Positions 52,788 to 61,899 of a DNA stretch of 64,000 nucleotides are shown piece after piece; positions within the stretch are counted from its first letter, which is position 1, and each line of letters begins with the position of its first letter. Source of the stretch: Balanoglossus misakiensis. Its lineage: Eukaryota; Animalia; Hemichordata. Location of the stretch: positions 15,817,903 to 15,881,902 of the forward strand of contig CM082577.2 of NCBI GenBank assembly GCA_040954595.2. The letters are read 5' to 3'. A model generated the notes under the pieces. That model did not search any database. It saw only the letters and a program-made list of their open reading frames with translations, and had not been told where the DNA came from. A program made the position numbers and the translations under genes.

Positions 52788-53877
52788 TCTTAATATGTCA
52801 TTCAAAACTAGAGTACACGTGCAAAAAAACGCTAATTTTGTTTCGCGTTATCTGCTTCCATTGAGGAGTAACAGCGTTTAAAAGTTAGATTTTCAGAAAA
52901 TTTGATCAAATTCACGGTGAGTTGTATTGAATCAGAGTTTATTCCCGCCAGGGACACTTTATCGACAAACAAAACTAGCGTTTTGTTGGATGGGTCATAC
53001 ACAATTCCCTGTCAAAATTTGAGCAAATTCGGCCAACGCAGGGCGAAGCTATTTTAGTCCGAAGTTGTCAAGAGCAGCGAAAATGCAAACTGAGAAAAAC
53101 GGCTATTTGCATTGTTGACACCTATTTGTTAAGCTGTGAACTCATTCAGAAAAGTGCTATTTTGGGGTGATTATGCACCATTTCCGCCAAGACGTATTAG
53201 TCAGGTTGTGGGTCAGTATTAGGCCTACCGATTTATGTAAAAAAGTAAAATTTGGCAAAAATCACAACTTTTCATGCAATGCCACCTTAAGCACCACACC
53301 ATAAGGAAAATGCCTACTGAAGTTCAAAGCAATCTGACAACCATTTTCTAAGTAGATATTTGTCAAAAAGTGGCCAAAACTCAAATATCACTTTACAAAA
53401 TCTTACTTCAATCACCACAAGCAACATCATTTCATGCCTACTGAAGTTCAAAGCAATCAGACCAACAGTTTCAGAGAAAACAACATTTGTAAAAAAGTGG
53501 CCAAAACACAAATATCACAATACAAAAGGATTTTCTCTGTGTATAATGGGATACAAAGCCAAAAATGAGAAGAGACCATACAGGAAAATACAAAGATGTA
53601 CATGATTGTTTTTATGTAAAGACTTTTATCAGAATATTGTGGACAGGACAGCAGTGGAATCATGTGCACTGACATTTTGGTTCAACACAACACTGTGCTC
53701 TAGTAATAAAAAAATAAAAAACACGGGCATTGACAAATAGCCAAATTTAATTACTACTGAGTAGGCTGAACTGAGTAAAAAATAAAAAATAAAACTACAA
53801 ATAGTTTTGGAAAAAGCAGAAAGAAACATGTCCGAGAAGAACCATCAGCAGGCCAGACCATTAATCTGTACAGTAGA

Positions 53878-54603
53878 GGCTAGTTATACTTTGCGAAACA
53901 ACGAAACAGCGAAACGAAACAGCGAAACGACGAAACCATTATTAAAATAGGGGCCAGTCATCAAGACGGTGGCGTATGATTTTTTAAAAAGTTTCCAAAT
54001 AAGTTCCTGGTCTGCGGCCTGGTACTAGTGGTTGCGCGCCAAAAAAGAATCCCGCCCCAAAAGGTCAATGTACGAGTATATTCACAGGGCTAAGGATTAG
54101 TTGAAACAAAGCAGTAGTGTCCGTAAGCTTTCGAGGGTCAAACACTGATGGGGGGTAAGAGTAGTAGTTATATATAGAAACACATGTAACTCACACAACA
54201 CAGTATCATTGTCGAAATTTCTTTATTATCTTAATTGCAATTCATGCCTCCCCGCCTTGTGGTATTTAAGGAAATAGTGACAGTTGCTGCCGCATTTTGA
54301 GGTTTCGATCTTTTGTGGTTTCGTTGTGCGCGCGCGTATATTCACTGTGTATATGTAGCAGTTTGGCATGAATCGTTTGCGCGCACACGACGTCGACTCT
54401 ACCACTACATAGTACCAGGCCGCAGACCAGGAACTGGCGACCCGCCGTTTGTTTCCAACGTCAAATTTGATTCTAATGTTGAATTTCCGAGAAAACAATT
54501 TATCTGACCTGTAGTTTTCTTGGCTCGCTTACGTTTTAATTTGGAAACTTTTAAAAAAATCATACGCCACCGTCTTGATGACTGGCCCCTATTTTAATAA
54601 TGG
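53878..54603. mobile_element. MITE with CGAAAC-repeat end; its right TIR is cut by the Gypsy insertion
   Basis: CCATTATTAAAATAGGGGCCAGTCATCAAGACGGTGGCGTATGATTTTT (~53936) is inverted at ~54540-54603; the expected TTTCG continuation is replaced by the LTR. Confidence 0.7.
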
Positions 54604-54804
54604 TGTTGCGAAAGCCGATATGCTCACCTTAGATAAAGGTAAAAGGATACTGCGTAGTAGGTAGGCTGAATAACTTGTAGAATCTCTCGGAGCTCAGATA
54701 AAAGCGTGTAGCTGAAAGCTGGTCTCGTAGAAGAAGGGTCGAACTATATCCGCCCAAGGGGTGAGTAGGGTCAGTGACGTCATCACGGATGTAGATTCAC
54801 AACA
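54604..54804 (-). repeat. 3' LTR (201 bp)
   Basis: Minus strand TGTTGTGAA...TTCGCAACA (9-bp imperfect terminal inverted repeat); contains TGACGTCA, a TATA-like GATATA and AAG|GTGAGC. Confidence 0.85.
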
Positions 54805-54816
54805 CTCTTCCCCACC
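54805..54816 (-). promoter_or_regulatory. Polypurine tract (plus-strand primer)
   Basis: Minus strand GGTGGGGAAGAG directly abuts the TG of the LTR. Confidence 0.85.
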
Positions 54817-54909
54817 ATATTTTTGAAGGGCGTCGTCTTCTTCCCCCAAAACACCGGGGGATAACACAACATTGAACACAACAATAACAAAAATCGAAAG
54901 ATAGAAAGG

Positions 54910-55110
54910 CCAGCTGGGCTTTACTGGGTATGCCCCACTGGTCGGCCGGTTTGTTTCTTTTGTTTTCCCTCCAGCTGGGCTTTATAAGATATGCCCCACT
55001 GGTCCATTTGCTGGATTTTGTTCCCCTTTTAGACAGAAATTCCCTCCAGCTGGGCTTTATAAGATATGCCCCACTGGTCCATTTGCTGGATTTTGTTCCC
55101 CTTTTTAGAC
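54910..55110. repeat. Tandem ~77-bp duplication plus a partial third copy in the Gypsy 3' UTR
   Basis: CCAGCTGGGCTTTA...ATGCCCCACTGGTC occurs three times. Confidence 0.85.
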
Positions 55111-55236
55111 AAAAATTCCCTCTCGATACAAATTCCCCAGGTGGTCCCCGTCCTTCCCCTATTTTTGGCCCTTCTGGTAAAACCCCGGGTACCCCCATCC
55201 CAAACAGTAGATTCCCCAAAGTCCCCTTGCCTTCCT

Positions 55237-57181
55237 TTAAAGCAGGAATAGGCGTCTCGTGTTGTTGGCCGCGACCTCCAGCAGCTCTTCTGCCGTCACG
55301 CCTCGCACCTGGGCTGCTTCCCGAGCCACTTCACCCAGAAAAACAGGGGAGTTGAAACGCTGACTCCCCCGCAGGGATAGATGTGGGGCATCCGTCTCCA
55401 ACAGGATTCGGTCCTCGGGAACTTCCCTCAGCGCTTGGGCTTGGGTTCTGTCAAAGCAGGCCACGCTGGCAGAAAAACTGAAGTAGCAGTTCTGGAAGGC
55501 CTGGGTCCATCTGTTTAGGGTGCGCCGGTCCCCCCCGAAGTTGTGCAGCTGGATTGGTTGAGTTGCAGGGCAGGTTTCAGACACCAGCATCAGGGCCAGG
55601 GCATGTACATCGCTGGCGTGTGGATCCCTCCTAGCGCCCCTGATGTGTAGTACGATGGGTTTGTCTTCAGGTGCCACTTCCAACAGGCGTTGGAGGGCTT
55701 CCTCCTGCTGGCCCCATTCATGGACTGGTGCGGTCCTGTCCAGGCCTATTTCGCCCATAGCCGCTACCAAAGGATGGGTTACCAGCCCCTTGATCCGCTG
55801 CAACAGCTCCTCTGTCATCTTCTTGGCCTTTTTGGGGTGAAGTCCGACCGCAATTTTCCACCCCGGCTCCCTCAGCAGGACATTTGGATAGTCTTCGGGG
55901 TCGCAATAAATCTCGACCCCTCCCACCACTTCCACTGGCACTTCCGGCTCCCGCCCTGGCGACAATTGCAACAGTTCACGGGAAGTGGTGGCTCCTTCAC
56001 TTCGGGAAGCCTGGGCTCTCATGCGGTCTGGGTGAAAATGGGCGTCTATGGCCTGGGGTAATCCCCCGGCCGGTGACGCCACACGGGGTTGGACGTCTGG
56101 ACTGCCAGCGCTTGCTTGGGGCATTTTTCCTCTGGGCCACTTCTGGATATTCTCCCGTTCCTCCGGCGACAGATCTCCAAGGAGCGTGAGGAGAACCCTC
56201 CAGTGAATAAGCACTGCGGGTGTGTTTGGCGGCGACAACCGTATTTTTCGGGGTACTTCCCATCCCATTCGGTGGCACATTCGTCGCATAATCTCTTCAC
56301 CTTCCGGGAGAATCTTGGATGTTGTCGGAAAACGTCCGAGGCCGTGTGTTAGGAAATATTGGAAAAGGGCGACGATGGGTTGTTCCGTCCCCACAAGAAG
56401 CTGGGTCAAACCCCCTAGCAAGCTGACGATTGCGTCCAGATCGGCTTTGCGGATCTCTCCCCGCATGTATGATGGTAAGTGGCGCCTATAAACGTGCTCC
56501 TTCAGCCACTTTGAAGAATGTCCGCAATCCGGTATGGGGCACACTGATTCTTTTCCGGGAATCGGACAGAAGGAGGTTTTCCCGCGTGATTGTGGTCGCG
56601 GTGCCGCTGGGGCTTCCGCTGCTGGAGGCTTTCCCACTGTCCCCGAGAGACCAGGTGGCCTCTCTGGGCTTGCTTTCTTGGGTTGCCTCCAAGGCTCGTT
56701 CTCCGATGGCCTCTTCTCCGGTCTCTCCACCGATGCCGACACTCGGGAGCGGGAGCTTGCAGATCTCCAGCGCTGGCGCGAACTGTTTTTTTCTTCCTTG
56801 CGCTTGGTGGTGGCTGTCGTGGACTCAGGGTGGCTCGGGCTTGGTATATCCCCCGCTGGTCTTAAGACTAACCGTCTGGGCGGTTCTTCCGTTTCCTCCG
56901 TTACTTCCATCGCCTCGTCAGCCTGCGGATGCCCCGGTTCAGCACCTGGGCTTTCCGTAGTTTGCCGAAACTCGCTGCAGGTGATGGTACGGATGATGAG
57001 CCTCCGTGCCCCGACACTGAGATTATCGCCGAGCTCGTATGGCGCTATGGGCATCTCCACCTCCCTCTCTTCTGATCGGCTCATGACCATGGAAACTTCT
57101 CTCCTATAAGGACTGGAGTCCCTTCCCCGCTCAGTCTGGCCCTGTCCCCGCTCCAGAGAACCTGGGGAAACCCCTGGTCCC
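55237..57181 (-). CDS. Gypsy accessory ORF, 3' segment: low-complexity region, C2H2-like zinc finger and TatD-family nuclease
   Basis: CPIPDCGHSSKWLKEHVYRRH; TatD motifs IDAHFHPD, GLHPK, GEIGLD, VLHIRG, LHNFGG, YFSFS, RILLETDAP, NNTRRLF. Confidence 0.9.
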
Positions 57182-57184
57182 GCA

Positions 57185-60100
57185 CACTGCATGAAAACCC
57201 TATAATACAGACAAATTCACACAAATCAAGTTGCCAGTATTTTAGGCTAATACACGCTAATTCTTGTGAGTCCACATGAATATAGGCTTGCTGAATACAA
57301 GCAATGGATTTTTGTCTGTATTCATCAGTATAAGCACTATTCTAAATCCATGCATAGTACAGAAAAATACAGATTGTACAAGTCTTTAATACATTCTGTA
57401 TTAAGAATAGATAGACGATGTATTCACAAAGACCGGTTTGAAATGGTACTGCAAAATACAATCTGTATTCGCAGAGATTTAAGTTCTATTTGCATATCAT
57501 TACTAGAATGACCCGACCAGTGAGAAGGTCAACCTGATTCAGTCCACAGTCCCTCTTTGGCAGATCTAAAATAGTCCATCGATCCTTGTGATCGAAACAA
57601 GCAACATACACAATACAATTTAATCCATCTATAATATCAGTAGGAAAAACCATGGATGCAATCTTTCCTTATACCTCCATGGAACAACGGAGTAAACTTA
57701 GTTCTTGCCAAAGTGTTAAGACGATTTTAATATCCGTAAATTCAAAGCTTGCAAGTTACATATATATGAAGGCTTTATACTGCCAGCACTTAATTGCGTC
57801 AATTTGGCCATGCACAGAAAAAAACTTGTGCAGGAAAAGACTATACGCTGTAGCCTATTCAATGGCCTGAAGCTGACCGGCGACTGTAGCTGCTCAATCA
57901 TTGTTATTTTTTTAGCGCCTGTGCCTACACGATTGTGAGGTAAAATTAGCGTGTCCGGCTTTGCCTAGCCTGCGCGGCTTCCCCACTGCGGAGGACCAGC
58001 AGCCTAGTCACGCGGCGAGACGGACATACCCTGTGATCTGATATAGAAAAAATGGGCAGTCTGGCGCACCACGTTACAAATCTCGAGCGAATGTGCCGTG
58101 GCCGAACTTTCTCGCCATTCTACATCTAACAATCCAAATATGATCGTTATATCTCAGAAATGTGCTGACTGCGAGCCATAGGCTACAATAACCTGTGCGT
58201 TCAACAACGGTTACTAAAAAAGACGGTTGGGAAACTATATGGCTGTCCATTGTAAGATGCTCGACTCGGTAAACACTGAGAGTACTTTTCTAGTTAACAC
58301 CTCCTTCACACCTTCCGAACAATATAGAGTTTCCCAACAGTCTTTTCTAGTAACGCAGTGTGAACCATGCATGACGGAACGGAACACAACACTGTTCAAC
58401 AACACTGGTGATTCATTTTCCTTTCTGTAAAAATGTTTGGCCTGGTGATACTTTCTCTACCAAAACGAAGTTTCAGGACGTCTGTACCATTGTTACAAGT
58501 GCCCCAGGCGTCTATATGAGTCATCTGGTGGGCCAATAAACTACCGATCAAGGTGAACAAAAGACAGTAATGTTTGTGAAAATGACACGACTGACCGCCA
58601 GTGAAATGATTGACACGTGCAGGTGCTCCCCGCACCTGGCCCGGTCATGTATAGCCCTGCGTACGGGTCTGTGTGTTACCGGCGTTACCATAGTGGTAGA
58701 GGCCGTGTAACGCCGGGAACACACAGACCTGTACGCATAGCTATGCCGATGACTGCCCTTAGATCCCCGAAGACTGCCTGATCGAGATATGCCCTGGAGA
58801 CAGCAGGAGCAAAAAAGGGAGAAAAGGCCACAATGCGCTAATTCAAGCCATATCCCAACAGATTAAACTTAATTTAAGCGCAATCACCCTAAAAATAATT
58901 TGACATCCATTTTGAGCTCTTTGGGGGCACTCCTGTGTGTGTGTGTGTGGGGGGGGGGGTCGCCTGATCTCAGCTTGCGTAGGTTTAAGAACATACCATT
59001 CAGTAAAAGGTGTGACACACTATATACAGACTACGAAGCTGCCAGCATTTTGCAAAGCAATACAAGTTTCGGCGTTTTTAAAAGAGTTAAGAATTGATTA
59101 TTTAGAGTAGCATAGGGGGACTTGTACATCGCCACCATAGGGTATACCGGTATATCTCGAATTTGAAAGGTTAAAGTTCAGCAGTGCAGCCGAGCTGATT
59201 GAACTACAGTGACAACAGTGCGCAGCAGAGAGCAAGAACAGAGATCCACTCCAGTCATATTTTTTATAGAGTTTATAGTACAGAAGATATGAGCTATCGA
59301 TCAAGATCGCGAGTTGCTAGTCGATTAACAGCTGACCAAGTTGCACATGACATTGTGCGGTCAACTCCAATTCGTCCGTCCGCAAGTACGTCACGTTCAA
59401 CTTCAAGCGATGATGATCCTCCAACAAGACCAGTACCAAACTTTTATTCTTTAAGGCAGTCAAGAGAAGATGGGCAAAGCTCGCTGACTGAGATGTCTTC
59501 CTACTTCGACCGAACTCCAACCGTCAGCAGCATCGCCAGTCCAGATGTCCATGCTGCAGGTAATTACTATGTTTTAAATCGTTGACATTAATCTGCACAT
59601 TCATAAATCAGTCTGTTTGAACTGTAGCAGTAACTTCGAATCCAATGGCCGAAAGTGTGTTCTGTAGGCAATAAAAGCGTACTGCCTTTGCTTTTAGACA
59701 TATGATGAACATCACTTAGTCATTTGTGTGTTTTTGAAGGGAGTTGTTTGGTTAGCGGATGCATGATGGAAAATTGCCATGATTATGTTCACTTAACAAA
59801 TGTAATGAGAGTCACTCATTCTTCCACGCTACCCCAAAATACTCATTGTTCTGCAGGAAATGACACATGTGCTTGATAAACTAACTTTAACACATACACA
59901 AGGCATAAACAAACTGCACACAATAAGCTTGCACACTTCATCACTATTGTTTGTGACATCTCTATTGTTCATGACACCTGGAGATAAGCATTTCTTTGTC
60001 ATGTTTTGCATTGTAGTGAAGAGAACAATATAAAACTGGAGAATTGAAGCCTGTGTAAAGGTTGTCATTCAAGAGGCATCTTTCAGCAGGCAGGTTCACC

Positions 60101-61394
60101 ATAATACGAAATGCCATTCAAAGAAAAATTTGACTTAATATGTTAGATTTTAAAAAAATATTAATACAGTTCATTTTTTTTTTATTTTCAGACATTAAAA
60201 AGGAGAGAAAGGGTCGTCAATGCAGATGAGAAAGAATTCTGGGCAAGTAACCAAGGGTAAAGGCGGAACTAATGTCGGACGAGGAAGTTGGTGAATCAGA
60301 GGACATAGTTTTAGTCAAGTCGCCGGCCTGGAGAGCTGCACCCCTTAATGAACTGATCAAAACACTTGACAGGAGACTAGAGGAAAAGGGAATTTTAGGC
60401 AGACTAGTCAAAAAAGGCAACGCTCAGCAACTCCATCATCCCGGTCCCGTCCAATCAATGTTTATTCAGAAAACTATGTACAACCTCAGTTACATTTAAA
60501 TTGACTAAAATTCCCTTTTCCTCTAGTCTCCTGCCGAAGCTTGAAATTGTCACCATTATTTCCAATCTCAGGATATCTTTTATATTCTTCATCTTACATT
60601 TCCTGCCATTTTTATAATATTGCAATATGTAAAAACAAAAACAAAATTGTGGAGTTAATCTCTTATTTAAGTTTGATTTTAACAGCTATCTTTTTTATTG
60701 TAATTTATTTATGAATAATAATAAAAAGTGAATAATGAAAAATTTACCCTCTTCATTATTTTTTATTGTTGGCATGAATGTACTAATAGCATGAGAGGAT
60801 GTGTGGATGGGAGATGTCTTGTCTTGTGTCACAGCGTTGGTCAGTCTGTATTCCCATATGACCCATGATATATTTGAAGACGTTTATACAATACTGATAA
60901 AATTCAACCAGTTAATTTTTCTGCCTGTAGCCTGACATCAGGATTGATTGTGCTGAAAGATTTAATGGAATGCTATCAATTACATGGGGTAATTCTGCAA
61001 ATAAACAGTATGCCCTATATGAAGAAAATCGCAGGATAAATTTAATGAAGAAGCAAAGATCAAAAGTCATTAATTTGATGTAAAATCAGTCATGAATCAA
61101 TATGGAACCCATTACCTGCAATGAAAAAATCACACGAATTCATGTCTGTATTTTTCCTAAAGCACAGATGAATACAGACAAGTCCAAATCTTTATTCTTT
61201 GAAAAATACTGATGAATTCTTGCAGTGTATTAGCTGGTATACAGAATAGTGCTTATACTTGTCTATCCATTATGAATATATCTGTATTCACAGTGAATAC
61301 TTTCTATATTAACAATGGACTAGACTGTATTCAACTAAAATACAGGCGATTGTCCATGCTTATATTGTAAGTATTATTAGGTTTTCATGCAGTG
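57185..61394. mobile_element. Non-autonomous EnSpm/CACTA (CACTG-ended) element, 4210 bp, 3-bp TSD GCA
   Basis: GCA|CACTGCATGAAAACC ... GGTTTTCATGCAGTG|GCA; subterminal GAATAC/GTATTC repeats and a shared AGTATAAGCACTATTCT block. Confidence 0.9.
59289..60420 (+). pseudogene. EnSpm accessory-gene remnant (C14orf93-like C-terminal motif)
   Basis: Exon MSYRSRSR...VHAA|GT ending ~59559; later exon ELMSDEE...LVKSPAWRAAPLNELIKTLDRR. Confidence 0.45.
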
Positions 61395-61855
61395 GCAGAG
61401 CTGGGCGGTGGACCCGATGAGCTGGGTGCACTCCACCCTCCGGATGCGACTTCCTGGGTTCCGCTGTCGGTTTCCAGGGTGCGTCGGACGGGTAAGTCTG
61501 GTTGCGTCAGCAAACGGATGTCCTTACACATACCCCGCTGGGAATACTCCTCCGGCATCGCCACTGCCTTCTTGGGGCGTGGGGGCTGGTGGTCCTTAGC
61601 TGGGTTTATGTGTGGCATGTTTTGTGTGATCCAGGGGATTGGAAACATCACATCCGCTTCTCGTTGGATATTAAACACCCACCCCCAGTTTCCCTTGGAT
61701 TTGGCCACCGCATATTGGGCTAGGAGTGCCTCTTGGGCTTCTCGCTTGGGGGCCATCATAATGCCGTGGATAACCTCTCTGGGGCCTAGGAGACGGCGTG
61801 CCTGAGTGGCCCGCCGGACATCCTCAATGGTGAGCTTGGGCATGGGTCTGGGCAT
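61395..61855 (-). CDS. Gypsy accessory ORF, 5' segment (joins 57181 in frame once the CACTG element is removed)
   Basis: ATG at 61855 (MPRPMPKLTIEDVRR...); junction TCT GC|G GGA CCA gives ...PPPSSAGPGVSPG. Confidence 0.85.
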
Positions 61856-61872
61856 ACTGAATGGGGCTGGGT

Positions 61873-61899
61873 CTGCGGACATAAAAAAGAACATGTTAG
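61873..61899 (-). promoter_or_regulatory. Putative 3' splice site for a subgenomic mRNA
   Basis: Minus strand CTAAC (branch point, includes the pol TAA), ATGTTCTTTTTTATGTCCG, CAG|. Confidence 0.6.

Larger units (their letters stand above)
51494..53286. mobile_element. Kolobok non-autonomous element with TTAA TSD
   Basis: TTAA|GGTGGCACTGCATGAAA ... TTTCATGCAATGCCACC|TTAA. Confidence 0.85.
51325..53525. repeat. Degenerate ~120-bp tandem array split by the Kolobok insertion
   Basis: TTTGT.AAAAAGTGGCCAAAACTCAAATATCAC units at ~51325, ~51441, ~53359 and ~53486. Confidence 0.6.

Noticed and set aside
55643-57109. Overlapping plus-strand ORFs opposite TatD (likewise 61387-63795 opposite pol and 17719-22224 opposite Academ)
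   Set aside because: Antisense shadows of long coding frames with no recognisable motifs.
55237-57192. Host TATDN gene or bacterial contaminant tatD
   Set aside because: It is intronless, fused to a long low-complexity/zinc-finger N-terminus, and bounded by Gypsy pol and a PPT/LTR. The listed MQC start lies inside the CACTG TIR.
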